Below are positions 9,085 to 19,700 of a stretch of 64,000 nt of DNA, in pieces; within the stretch, counting starts at the first letter, position 1, and every line of letters begins with the position of its first letter. Made by a program: the position numbers and the translations under genes. The DNA is taken from the NCBI GenBank assembly GCA_038233215.1, contig JBBSML010000004.1, positions 11,899 through 75,898 on the forward strand, in the 5' to 3' direction. Under the pieces are notes generated by a model. It was not told where the DNA came from and did not search any database. It was given only the letters and a program-made list of their open reading frames with translations. Source of the stretch: Candidatus Limnocylindria bacterium (GTDB taxonomy: Bacteria > Chloroflexota > Limnocylindria > QHBO01).

Positions 9085-11460
9085 GTGGCCACCAAGCGGA
9101 GGACGACGACACGACGTCGCCCGAGCCGACGCCGGAAGCAGAAGACCGCGATGGTGCTCAGTGCGCGCTTCGTCCGCGAGGGTCTGGCCTTCGTGCTGCT
9201 CCTCCTCGCGATCATCAGTGTCATCGCGTTGTTCGCCCGGGACGCCGGCGCCATCATCCGCCCGTGGCATGACGTGCTCGCCACCACGCTGGGCTGGGGG
9301 ATCGCGTTCGCCGCACCCCTTCTGGCGGGATTCGCGGTCATGCTCTGGATGAAGACGATGCCGGCCGAGCGCTGGATGGCGGCCACCGGCGCAGCACTCG
9401 TCGCGCTGGCCCTGCTTGGCATGTTTCACCTGTCTGTCGGCGGCGGCGCCGAAGCAGTCGCGGCCGGAGAGGGCGGGGGAGCGATCGGATTCGGCGTCAG
9501 CGCTCTGCTCGTCGGTGCTGTCGGCAGCGCGGGAGCTTGGATCGTGCTCGTGCTCCTGGCGGGCGTCGGCCTGCTGCTCTACTTCAACATGACAATCGGT
9601 GATCTTGTCGCTGCCTACCTCGCCGGCCGGGACGACCGGCACGACCGTGAGGCCGATGAGGCTCGACAGTCGACCGATCGTCAGTCTCGCAGCGTCGAAA
9701 CACGCGGTCGGCCGGACGCACCGCCCCAACCGGATGTGGGAGGTGGATTGATCAACCGCATGCGAGACCGGCTCGCCGGCGGCGGTGAGATCGATGAGGA
9801 CCACCCGGTCATCCTGCGTCGTGAGCGTCCAACGCCATCCAGCAACGGCAACGGCCGGCCCGCACCGCCGCCTCCCGTTGCCGCCTCCGAGCTCGAGCAT
9901 CGACCGGTTCCGGCCATCGCGGAGCTCGAACATACAGAAGAGGCGCACCTGGCCGAGACGGAACCGGAAGAGGGCGTCGATGCGGCGCTTGAGCCAGTGG
10001 AGCGGGTCTGGGAGCTGCCCGCGCTCCATCTGCTGGCCGACGCGCCCGAGTCATCGGCGGCACAGATGGACCTTACGGCGAAGGGGCAACGCATCCGTGA
10101 GACGTTGGCGCACTTCGGTATCGGCGTGAAGGTCGCTCGCATCCAGGAAGGTCCCGTCGTCACGCAGTACGCCCTCGACGTGGATCCCGGGATCAAGCTC
10201 AGCCGAATTGAGGGTCTGTCGGACAACCTGGCCCTGGCCCTTGCGGCCAGAAGCATCCGCATCGAGGCGCCGATCCCGGGGGAGCCGTATGTGGGCGTAG
10301 AGATCCCGAACTCGGCGTTCGACCTGGTGACCCTCAAGGAGGTGCTCGCCAGCCGCAACCACGTGGAGGCCTCGAAGAAGTCGAAGCTTGCCTTTGCACT
10401 CGGCCAGGACGTGGCCGGCCAACCGTTCAGCGCGGACCTCGCCCGGATGCCTCACCTGCTCATCGCCGGCGCCACCGGTTCGGGCAAGAGCGTGTGCGTC
10501 AACGCCATCATCGACAGCTTCCTGATGAACGCCACCCCGGCCGAGGTCAAGCTGATCCTGATCGATCCCAAGCGCGTCGAGCTGGCGCAGTACAAGGGCA
10601 TTCCGCACCTGCTGTGCGAGGTGATCGTCGAGCCCGAAAAGGCGGTCAATGCCCTGAAATGGACGGTCGGCACCATGGAGGGCCGATACGCCGAGTTCGC
10701 CTCACGCGGCGTGCGGAACATCGCGGGATACAACGAGGCGCTACGCGCTGGCGAGCCGCGCATGCCGTATATCGTGATCGTGATCGACGAGTTGGCCGAT
10801 CTCATGATGGTGAGTGCCTACGAGGTCGAGGCTACCATCACGCGCATCGCGCAGCTGGCTCGGGCGACCGGCATCCACCTGATCGTGGCCACCCAGCGCC
10901 CATCGGTCCAGGTCATCACCGGGCTGATCAAGGCCAACATTCCGAGCCGCATTGCATTTGCCATGACTTCGGGCATCGACAGCCGGACCATCCTGGACAC
11001 GACCGGGGCCGAGGATCTGCTGGGTCGCGGCGACATGCTGTATCAGCCGATCGACGCGCCGCGCGCCGTCCGACTTCAGGGGGTGCTCGTCACCGACCCC
11101 GAGATCGAATCGGTTGCGCGTCACTGGCGCGCCCAGGGAGGACCGCAATACCGGCCGGAGATCACGGCCGCTCGACGCGATGGCAAGCCGGGAGGACGCC
11201 CGGGGGAGGAAGACGCCGATGATGATGCCGATGCCCTGTTCAGCCAGGCGGTCGACATCGTGCGGCGCTCGGACAAGGCCTCGGCGTCGCTGCTGCAGCG
11301 ACGTCTACGCATCGGCTACGCGCGGGCAGCCCGCATCCTGGACCAGATGGAGGACCGAGGGGTGGTCGGCGCCGCGGATGGAAGCCGATTCCGGGAAGTG
11401 CTGGTCACGTCCGACGGATGGGGGGGCGACGTGGACCCCGCTGAGGACGAGGAGCCGTGA
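9085..11460 (+). CDS. ftsK: DNA translocase FtsK/SpoIIIE
   Basis: N-terminal TM helices, PHLLIAGATGSGKS, IVIDELADLM, ATQRPS, gamma domain LQRRLRIGYARAAR. Confidence 0.97.
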   Translation: MATKRRTTTRRRPSRRRKQKTAMVLSARFVREGLAFVLLLLAIISVIALFARDAGAIIRPWHDVLATTLGWGIAFAAPLLAGFAVMLWMKTMPAERWMAATGAALVALALLGMFHLSVGGGAEAVAAGEGGGAIGFGVSALLVGAVGSAGAWIVLVLLAGVGLLLYFNMTIGDLVAAYLAGRDDRHDREADEARQSTDRQSRSVETRGRPDAPPQPDVGGGLINRMRDRLAGGGEIDEDHPVILRRERPTPSSNGNGRPAPPPPVAASELEHRPVPAIAELEHTEEAHLAETEPEEGVDAALEPVERVWELPALHLLADAPESSAAQMDLTAKGQRIRETLAHFGIGVKVARIQEGPVVTQYALDVDPGIKLSRIEGLSDNLALALAARSIRIEAPIPGEPYVGVEIPNSAFDLVTLKEVLASRNHVEASKKSKLAFALGQDVAGQPFSADLARMPHLLIAGATGSGKSVCVNAIIDSFLMNATPAEVKLILIDPKRVELAQYKGIPHLLCEVIVEPEKAVNALKWTVGTMEGRYAEFASRGVRNIAGYNEALRAGEPRMPYIVIVIDELADLMMVSAYEVEATITRIAQLARATGIHLIVATQRPSVQVITGLIKANIPSRIAFAMTSGIDSRTILDTTGAEDLLGRGDMLYQPIDAPRAVRLQGVLVTDPEIESVARHWRAQGGPQYRPEITAARRDGKPGGRPGEEDADDDADALFSQAVDIVRRSDKASASLLQRRLRIGYARAARILDQMEDRGVVGAADGSRFREVLVTSDGWGGDVDPAEDEEP

Positions 11461-12758
11461 CCGACCAGGTCCACAAGCTCGGTGAGGTCCTCCGCGCCGC
11501 CCGTGAGGCCAGGAGCGTTGATCTGCCGCGGGTGGAGCGGGACACCAAGATTCGGGAGCGTTACCTGTCGGCACTCGAGCGAGGTGAATACCGTGAGCTA
11601 CCCGGGGCTGTCTACACCAAGGGCTTTCTGCGCAACTACGGATCGTATCTCGGGCTCGATCCGGAATACCTCATCGACCTGTACCGACTCGAGACATCGG
11701 GGACGCCGGCCGACCGTTCGGTGGCTCCGACTCCGCCGCGGCCGATGGCGGTCCGCCGTCGACGTACGTTCGTGGTCACCCCAGGCGCTGTGGCTGGCGC
11801 GATCCTGACGATCATGGTCGGCGCGCTGGTCGCCTGGATCGCCTATGAGTTTGTCAATTTCGCGCGCACGCCGGAGCTGCGCATCACCCAGCCCGCCGGT
11901 GACGTGGCCGCACAGTCGGAGGAGACCATCACCCTCCGCGGGGTCACCACCTCTGGTGCCACGGTCACCGTCAGCGGCCTGCCCGAGAATCCGAGCACGA
12001 CCGCCGATGCCGAGGGAAACTTCGAGATGACCGTCGAGCTTCTGCCCGGGTCGAATGAGATTCGCATCGAGGCTGTCGATCCGCTAACGCGCCGTTCCTC
12101 GGCGACGTTCGTGCGACGCGTCAACGTCGTCGCGGACACGGTCGTGAGTCCGTCGCCGAGTTCCGGCGCCAGTCCACCGGCGGCCGTCGACCACCCGGCG
12201 GCCGACGCTACGATCACCGGGCCGGTGGCGGTATCCGGGGCGGCGGCGCCAGGCTCGGAAGTCTTGGTGCGCGCGGTGCTGGTCGAATCGCCGGTGCCGA
12301 GTTTCTCCGTCGAAGATGCGAGTGGTGACACGGTGGAGCTTGACCCGGTCGACCCATCCGCCCCCGAGCCGACGACCGTGGTCGCGGAAGCGACCGGCAG
12401 CTATTCGGCCAGCCTATCGCTGACACCCGGCACGTGGGACGTGGTGATCACCCCAGCCGAGGCACCACTGACCACCCGCCGCGTGACGGTCCTGCCCGAG
12501 GAAGGACTCACCGGTATGCTCCGTCTGGACGGAGGAGACTCGTATCTCGAGATCGAGGAGGACGGGACATCGCTCGAAGGTGTTTCGGGCGGGATCAGTG
12601 ACGATGGCGACCGCGTCGAGATCGAGGCGGACGAGACGATCCGGATCCTGGCCGGCAACGCCGGCGCCGTGGGCGTGTCCATGAACGGCATCAACCTCGG
12701 CACGATGGGAGGCAACGGGGCCGTCATCGAGTGGGTGGTCACGCGAACAGGGGACTGA
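11457..12758 (+). CDS. RodZ-like protein (HTH, TM, Ig-like domains, DUF4115-like C-terminus)
   Basis: KIRERYLSALERGEY..LPGAVYTKGFLRNYG HTH; one TM; C-terminal GNAGAV..MNG; follows ftsK. Confidence 0.8.
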   Translation: MTDQVHKLGEVLRAAREARSVDLPRVERDTKIRERYLSALERGEYRELPGAVYTKGFLRNYGSYLGLDPEYLIDLYRLETSGTPADRSVAPTPPRPMAVRRRRTFVVTPGAVAGAILTIMVGALVAWIAYEFVNFARTPELRITQPAGDVAAQSEETITLRGVTTSGATVTVSGLPENPSTTADAEGNFEMTVELLPGSNEIRIEAVDPLTRRSSATFVRRVNVVADTVVSPSPSSGASPPAAVDHPAADATITGPVAVSGAAAPGSEVLVRAVLVESPVPSFSVEDASGDTVELDPVDPSAPEPTTVVAEATGSYSASLSLTPGTWDVVITPAEAPLTTRRVTVLPEEGLTGMLRLDGGDSYLEIEEDGTSLEGVSGGISDDGDRVEIEADETIRILAGNAGAVGVSMNGINLGTMGGNGAVIEWVVTRTGD

Positions 12759-12776
12759 AACGAGGATAGGGGAGCC

Positions 12777-13268
12777 ATGGCAGCAGATTCATCATTCGAC
12801 GTGGTGAGCGATTTCGACCAGCAGGAGCTCGTCAACGCGCTCGACCAGGCGCGTCGCGAGATTGCCACGCGCTACGACTTCAAGGGCAGCAATGTCGGAT
12901 TCGAGCTCGGCAAGGATGCGATCGTGCTCACCGCCGACGACGAATACCGGGCCGGGGCAGCCAAGGACCTCCTCGAATCGAAGGCGGTGCGCCGTGGCCT
13001 GAGCCTGAAGATCTTCGACTGGGGCAAGGTCGAACCAGCCGGCGGCTCCACCGTCCGCCAGGAAATCAAGTTGAAGCGGGGCCTGACGAGCGAACAGGCG
13101 AAGGAGCTCTCGAAGCGCATTCGCGAGATGTTCCCCAAGACAAAACCCTCGATCCAGGGCGACGCCGTCCGTGTATCGGCCAAGTCGAGGGATGAGCTCC
13201 AGGCCATCATTGCTGATCTGAAGGGGCTTGAGTATCCGGTCGACCTGCAGTTCACGAACTACCGCTAG
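12777..13268 (+). CDS. yajQ: YajQ family nucleotide/c-di-GMP-binding protein
   Basis: SFDVVS, RYDFKGS, IQGDAVRVS.KSRDELQ, LQFTNYR. Confidence 0.95.
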   Translation: MAADSSFDVVSDFDQQELVNALDQARREIATRYDFKGSNVGFELGKDAIVLTADDEYRAGAAKDLLESKAVRRGLSLKIFDWGKVEPAGGSTVRQEIKLKRGLTSEQAKELSKRIREMFPKTKPSIQGDAVRVSAKSRDELQAIIADLKGLEYPVDLQFTNYR

Positions 13269-13272
13269 GCCG

Positions 13273-13788
13273 ATGCCGCCCACGCGACCACCGACGGATG
13301 ACGAGCTCGATGCGGCCGCGCGCCGGCTGGGTCGGGCCCTCGTCAAGCGTGGCTGGCAGATGGCAAGCGCGGAGTCATGCACTGGCGGGCTGCTGGGCCA
13401 CGCCATCACCCAGATTCCGCGCTCGAGTGACCATTACCTGGGTGGCATCGTGAGCTACTCGAACGCCGTCAAGGAAGAGCTCCTTGACGTGCCCGGTGCG
13501 CTTCTGGAAGGCGTCGGTGCGGTGTCGGCCGAGGTGGCCGAGGCGATGACCACCGGCATTCTAAGTCGCTTCTCCGTGGCCCGGCTGGCCGTCGCCGTCA
13601 CCGGGATCGCCGGCCCGCATGGAGGATCGGCCGACAAGCCGGTTGGCCTGACGTACATTGCGGCCGCGATTCGTGAAGGCACGGCGGTCGTGGAGCGTCA
13701 TTCATGGCCGCACGACCGATCAGGGAACAAGCGCGCGTCTGCGCTGGCGGCGCTCGAGCTGGCGACGCGCCTGGCGTCCGAGAAATAG
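13273..13788 (+). CDS. CinA C-terminal domain protein (NMN deamidase, PncC-like)
   Basis: SAESCTGG, YSNAVK, GAVS.EVA, TGIAGP.GGS.DKPVGL. Confidence 0.9.
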   Translation: MPPTRPPTDDELDAAARRLGRALVKRGWQMASAESCTGGLLGHAITQIPRSSDHYLGGIVSYSNAVKEELLDVPGALLEGVGAVSAEVAEAMTTGILSRFSVARLAVAVTGIAGPHGGSADKPVGLTYIAAAIREGTAVVERHSWPHDRSGNKRASALAALELATRLASEK

Positions 13789-13790
13789 CG

Positions 13791-15203
13791 ATGGTCGAGC
13801 GCGGCGAGCGAATCCACGTCATCGGCATCGCCGGCTCGGGAGCGGCCGGAACGGCTCTCCTGCTGGACTACGCCGGAGCCACCGTGGATGGATGCGATAT
13901 CGACGCGCCGTCGCCCTACACACCGCCGCTGGACGCGGCAGGTATCCATTACGCTGCCGCGCACGATCCGGGGCACCTCATCGGCATCGACCGGGTCGCC
14001 ATCTCGCCCGCGTTGCGCTCAATCCAGGACCACCCGGAGCTCGCCGCTGCCCACTCTCGGGGCATTCCGGTCGTGACGTGGCAGGCACTGCTCGGCGAAC
14101 TGCAGATGGCAACCGGGCGCATTGGCCTCGGGGTCACCGGCACGCATGGTAAGTCCACCACCACGGCACTCCTGGGCCATCTGCTCATCGCCGCCGGGCT
14201 CGATCCGACCGTGGAGGTCGGTGCCTTCATCGGCGCATGGGGCGCATCAGTTCGACCCGGCGGGGGAACGCCATTCCTGGTGGAGGCCGACGAGTTCGGC
14301 GACAATTTCCTCAATTACCACCCGGCCGGCGCGATCGTCACGAATGTCGAGATGGATCACCCCGACTTCTTCGCCGATGCATCCGCGGTGATGGATTCCT
14401 TCGAGCGATTCGTCCGTGGCATGGGCAGTCATCCGGCGTTGAACGGTCGCCTGCTCGTGATTGCCGCCAACGACCATGGTGCCATGGAGCTGAGTGGGCG
14501 CCTCGGGGAATGGGAGGGCCGCGTCCTGCCATATGGGCCGGGCGGCGAGATCATGGCGACCGACGTCGCGCGCGGGCGCGACGGCACGACATTCAGGCTG
14601 TTCGACCAGATGTTTCAGATGTCCCTGGCCGGGGAGCACAACATCCTCAATGCCACGGCCGCGTTGATCATGGCTCGCGCGCTCGGTGCCGACCTCGAGT
14701 TGTTGAACGAGGGCATGCGAACGTTCTCAGGGGCGGGGCGCCGCATGGAGCTGATCGCCGATACTCCCACGGTGACGATCTACGACGACTACGGACACCA
14801 CCCGACCGAGGTGCGTGCCGCGCTGTCCGCCGCCCGACAGAAGGTCGGACTCGACCGGCGTCTCTGGGCGGTCTTCGAGCCGCACATGTACTCGCGGACG
14901 GCCCTCCTCATGGATGCGTTCGCCACCGCCTTCACCGATGCCAACGAAGTCGTCATCGCCGACATTTTTGCTTCACGCGATACGCCCGACGCCATGGCCT
15001 CCACCAGCGCCGAGGCGTTGGCGGATGCGATCGAGCGCAACTCGGCGGTGCCCGCTATCGCGACCGGCGATGTCGACGCCACGACGGACTACGTCGGAGA
15101 CCACGTCGGGGCCGGCGACGCGGTGCTCGTGATGGGTGCTGGCAAGTCCTACCGGATCGCCCGCAACCTCGCGGATCGGCTGGCGAAGGATCCGCGTTCG
15201 TGA
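13791..15203 (+). CDS. murC: UDP-N-acetylmuramate--L-alanine ligase (MurC family)
   Basis: IHVIGIAGSG, GTHGKSTTT, VEADE, TNVEMDH, DDYGHHPTE, VMGAG. Confidence 0.88.
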   Translation: MVERGERIHVIGIAGSGAAGTALLLDYAGATVDGCDIDAPSPYTPPLDAAGIHYAAAHDPGHLIGIDRVAISPALRSIQDHPELAAAHSRGIPVVTWQALLGELQMATGRIGLGVTGTHGKSTTTALLGHLLIAAGLDPTVEVGAFIGAWGASVRPGGGTPFLVEADEFGDNFLNYHPAGAIVTNVEMDHPDFFADASAVMDSFERFVRGMGSHPALNGRLLVIAANDHGAMELSGRLGEWEGRVLPYGPGGEIMATDVARGRDGTTFRLFDQMFQMSLAGEHNILNATAALIMARALGADLELLNEGMRTFSGAGRRMELIADTPTVTIYDDYGHHPTEVRAALSAARQKVGLDRRLWAVFEPHMYSRTALLMDAFATAFTDANEVVIADIFASRDTPDAMASTSAEALADAIERNSAVPAIATGDVDATTDYVGDHVGAGDAVLVMGAGKSYRIARNLADRLAKDPRS

Positions 15204-15577
15204 CCGGCCTTCGGTCCGTCATTCTGGGCGCACTGCTGGCGGTGGCCGTTGCGATCGCCTACCAGGCAGTGGTGGGTCTGGTCGACGCTTCCGGCGCGCG
15301 CGACCAGCCCGCACTGATCCTGATTCTTCTGCTCGCGGCATTCCTGGGCGTGCTGACAGCGGTCGCCACTCGGATGCTGCGCCTACCGGGGGCAACCGCA
15401 CCGACCGTGCTCGTGCTTGGCTGGACGCTGGTCCCGGTCGTCCTCGGCGCCATCCCGAGCGCCGCCACCCAGCTCTTCGCGGGGGATGCAGGGCTATCAG
15501 CCGATCAGGCGTTGGCTCTCGCGGCCGCGACCGTTGCTGCCGCAATCACACTCGGAGTTCCGGCGGAACGACGCTGA
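15200..15577 (+). CDS. Small multi-pass membrane protein
   Basis: GTG overlaps murC stop (GTGA); about four hydrophobic segments. Confidence 0.6.
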   Translation: MTGLRSVILGALLAVAVAIAYQAVVGLVDASGARDQPALILILLLAAFLGVLTAVATRMLRLPGATAPTVLVLGWTLVPVVLGAIPSAATQLFAGDAGLSADQALALAAATVAAAITLGVPAERR

Positions 15578-15609
15578 TCAGCCACCGCGAACGAGTGTTG
15601 AGGCGCCGG

Positions 15610-15640
15610 TAGTTGCATACGCAACTAGATGTTGTATCAT
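15610..15640 (+). promoter_or_regulatory. Pirin promoter with inverted-repeat operator
   Basis: TAGTTGC-ATAC-GCAACTA palindrome over TTGCAT (-35); TATCAT (-10) 6 nt before ATG 15647. Confidence 0.65.
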
Positions 15641-15646
15641 TTCCTC

Positions 15647-16657
15647 ATGCCAGCCATCACCGTCGACGACATCTCCGTTCTCGCGCATATTCCGGCGCCT
15701 GATCCCCTCATCGCGCGGCAGCGCGATGTCCGCGGCGTCACGACGGCGCCTCGTGGCTTCGAGGGCGACGGATTCCCGGTACGTCGGGCGTTCGCGGGCG
15801 TCGATCTTGCCGAGCTCGATCCATTCATCCATCTCGACCAGATGGGTGAGGTGGAGTACGCGCCCGGCGAGCCGAAGGGCACGCCGTGGCACCCGCATCG
15901 CGGTTTCGAGACGGTCACATACCTCATGGACGGTACGTTCGAGCACAGCGATTCGAATGGCGGTGGGGGAGTGATCACCAACGGCGACACGCAGTGGATG
16001 ACGGCCGGTGCCGGCATCCTGCACATCGAGAAGCCGCCGGAGGCACTCGTCGTCAGCGGCGGACTGTTCCACGGCTTCCAGCTGTGGGTGAACCTGCCGA
16101 AGGCGCAGAAGTGGTCGCCGCCGCGTTACCAGGACATCCGCGCCGGCGAGGTGGGCCTGCTCGCGTCCGCCGACGGCGGAGCACTTGTGCGCGTCATTGC
16201 CGGTGAGGTTGCCGGCCATGCCGGCCCGGGGGCGACCTACACGCCGATGACGCTGGTGCACGCCACCCTCAGTCCGGAGGCCAACCTCACAATGCCCTGG
16301 CGCGCCGACTACAACGCCATCGTCTACGTCATGGCCGGCGCGGGCACGGTAGGCGCCGAGCACGTGCCGGTGCAGACCGGCCAGCTCGCCGTACTCGGTC
16401 CCGGCAACACGTTGACGGTCACCGCGTCGCGCACCCAGGAGAGCCGCAGCCCCACCCTCGACGTGCTCATCCTCGGCGGTCGCCCCATTCGCGAGCCGGT
16501 GGCATGGGCTGGCCCGTTCGTGATGAACACGCGCGAGGAGGTCATGCAGGCTTTCGCCGATTACCAGGCCGGGCGCCTCGGCGTCATCCCCGCCGTGCAC
16601 GGCGCACCGACCGAACTGAGCGAGTCGCGGCCCATCAACCCAGCACCGACCGCGTGA
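15647..16657 (+). CDS. Pirin family protein
   Basis: EGDGFPVRRAF, DPFIHLDQMG, WHPHRGFETVTY, QWMTAGAGILHIE, GPFVMNT. Confidence 0.95.
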   Translation: MPAITVDDISVLAHIPAPDPLIARQRDVRGVTTAPRGFEGDGFPVRRAFAGVDLAELDPFIHLDQMGEVEYAPGEPKGTPWHPHRGFETVTYLMDGTFEHSDSNGGGGVITNGDTQWMTAGAGILHIEKPPEALVVSGGLFHGFQLWVNLPKAQKWSPPRYQDIRAGEVGLLASADGGALVRVIAGEVAGHAGPGATYTPMTLVHATLSPEANLTMPWRADYNAIVYVMAGAGTVGAEHVPVQTGQLAVLGPGNTLTVTASRTQESRSPTLDVLILGGRPIREPVAWAGPFVMNTREEVMQAFADYQAGRLGVIPAVHGAPTELSESRPINPAPTA

Positions 16658-16713
16658 TCTGACGAGCGCGAGACGCCGCGGAGCCGCGACGCGGAAGTGG
16701 CTGGTGACGCACA

Positions 16714-19700
16714 ATGGCCGCCGTAGCGGAGCGCGTACGGCATCCGCCAACAAGAGGGTCGACAACCATCCCCGAGCATCGGCCACCAAACACATCCGAG
16801 ACACCGCACCGAGCGGCCGACGAGCCCGAAACGCCCGTCGGACGCCTCGGGCGATCCGAGTCGATGCAGGCCGCTCTGTATCGCATTGCCGACACGGCGA
16901 GTGCCGCCAAGGACATGCCGTCGTTCTATGCCGCGATCCACGAGATTGTCGGCGAGCTGATGTACGCCGACAACTTCTACATCGCGCTCTACGATGACGA
17001 GCGACAGCGGATCAACTATCCATTCTTCGTGGACGAGGTTGACACCGACCTGCCCGATCCCAATGCGTGGGAGGTGTTCGGGATCGGCGATGCCGCGGGT
17101 GTGACCGCTCACGTGCTGCGGACCGGCCGGCCGACATATCTCGACGCAGCCAGGTTCGAGCAGCTGCTCGCGAGCGGCGAGGTGCAGCCGGCGGGTGACA
17201 CCAGCGTCCTCCAATGGCTCGGCACTCCGCTGCGTTCGGACGGCCGAACGATCGGCGTGCTGGCGGTGCAGAACTACCGGGCGGACCGCACCCTCACGCC
17301 CGATGACCTCGACCTGCTGACATTCGTCGGCCAGCACATCGGCACGGCTCTTACCCGGGCGCGGGCCATCGAGGAAACCCGCCAGCGCAACGCGGAGCTG
17401 GCCCTCGTCAACGAGGTCGCGACGGCGCTCTCGATGCAGCTCGATTTCGACGCGATCATCGAACTCGTCGGCGACCAGATCAGCGCCATCTTCGAGTCAG
17501 ACTCGGTCGGCGTCTCCCTTCACGAGCCGGACACGAACATCCTCTCCTTCCCGTATCTGTTCGACCGCGGTGTCCGTCTCCAGGTCGACGCGATCGAACT
17601 CGGCGCCGGCTTGAACTCCGAGGTCATCACGACCCGACGGCCCCTGCGCGTGAGCTCGAACGAGGAGATGGCGGAGCACAACGCGCTGACGGCTCGTCGA
17701 TTCGAGGGCGACGATGAACAAGCGGAATCGTGGCTGGGCGTTCCCGTCCTCGTCGGCGACCGTGTGCTCGGTGTGATTAGCATTGAGCGGGTCGAGGCGT
17801 ACGCAATTGACGACGCGGACGAGCGTCTCCTTTCGACGCTTGCCTCCAGCCTCGGTGTGGCGCTCGAGAATGCCCGATTATTCGCCGAGACAAAGCGCCT
17901 GCTGACCGAGGCCGACGAGCGCGCCGCCGAGCTTTCGATCGTCAACAGCGTCCAGCAGGGCCTTGCCCAGAACCTGGACATGCAGGCCATGTACGACCTG
18001 GTCGGGGACAAGATCAGGGAGATCTTCGACGCCCAGGTCGTCGACATCGGCATCATCGATCCGGAAGCCCGACTGATGCACTTCCCGTACTCCATCGAGC
18101 GGGGTGTCAGATTCCCCGACGAGCCGACCCAGGTCGATTCCTCACCGCTCATGCTCGAAATCCTTCGTGAGCGCCGATCGATGGTCTGGAACGATATGCC
18201 TGCATGGCAGGCCGAGCACGGGGTCGTGGCGCCAGTCGTCCAGGGCGAGCCTTCGCTCTCCGTAATCATCGCGCCGCTCATGGCCGGCGGCGATGTGCGG
18301 GGCCGCATCTCGCTCCAGAATCTCGACCGCGCGGATGCGTTCACCGAGTCCGACGTGCGACTCCTCTCGACGCTGGCGGGGAGTCTCAGCGTGGCGCTCG
18401 AGAACGCGCGTCTGTTCGACGAGACGAAGCGCCTGCTGACGGAGACCGATGAGCGCGCCGCCGAGCTCGCCATCATCAACAGTGTTCAGGAGGGACTGGC
18501 CCAGAACCTGAACATGCAGGCCATGTACGACCTCGTCGGCGACAAGATCCAGGAAATCTTCGACGCCCAGGTCGTCGACATCGGCATCTACGACACCGCG
18601 GCGGCGACCATCTCCTTCCCGTACACCATCGAGCGCGGAGTGCGACTCCCCGACGAAATGATCCGCATCGAGGACTCGCACCTCTCGAAGACTGTGCTCG
18701 AGACCCGTCAACCGCTCCACGTCCGCGATGTCCCGCGCTGGCTCGCGGAGACCGACGTCGTCCAGGCGCTGCAGGGCGAGCAGCCGCAGTCGCTGCTCCT
18801 CGCTCCGCTGATCGTGGCCGGGGAGGTGCGCGGCCGTATCTCGATCCAGAACCTGGACCGCATCGATGCGTTCAGCGAGTCCGACGTTCGGCTCCTTACC
18901 ACCCTTGCCTCGAGCCTGAGCGTGGCGCTCGAGAACGCGCGCCTGTTCGACGAGACGCGTCGCTTGCTGACCGAGACCGACCGGCGTGCTGCGGAGCTGG
19001 CGATCGTGAACAGCGTGCAGCGCGGGCTGTCGTCCGAACTCGACGTCCAGGCCATGTACGAGCTCGTCGGAGAGCGCGCGACCGACGTGTTCGACGCGAA
19101 CGTGGTCGACATCGCCATCTTCGATCGGGACGAGGACCTGATGCGGTTCCCGTTCATCATCGAGCGCGGCGTCCGATTCGACGATCATCCAGGCCCGGTC
19201 ATCGGCTTCCGACGCCGGGTCATGGAGACCGGGCAGCCGGTGGTGGTGACGCACGACCTCGGCACGGAGGCTGCCGAGGTGGGCCAGCCCGCGCAGCTCA
19301 TCGGCGAACCCGCGAAGTCGGCCATTTTTGCGCCCCTCGCCCTTGGCGACAAGGTCCTCGGCGTGATCAGCCTCCAGAACCTGGATCGCGAATACGCCTT
19401 CAGCGAGGCCGATGTCTCGCTTCTGACGACGATCGCTGCCAGCCTGAGCATCGCCCTGCGCACGGGCCGCCTGATCGACGAAACGCGACAACGCGTTGCC
19501 GAGCTCGGTACGATCAACGAGGTCAGCGAGGCCATCACGGCGCAGCTTGAGGTGAACCCGCTTCTCGCACTGGTCGGTGACAAGACGCGCGATGCCTTCG
19601 ATGCGGACATCGCGTATGTCGCCCTCGTCGACGACGAGTCAGGATTGATCGAGTTCCCGTACTACGTCGAGAAGGGCACCGAACTGCCGCAGCCGCCGCT

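Noticed and set aside
17850-19120. Repeated DNA as a CRISPR array or mobile repeat
   Set aside because: Period ~530 nt, in frame, encodes GAF domains; no spacers or cas genes
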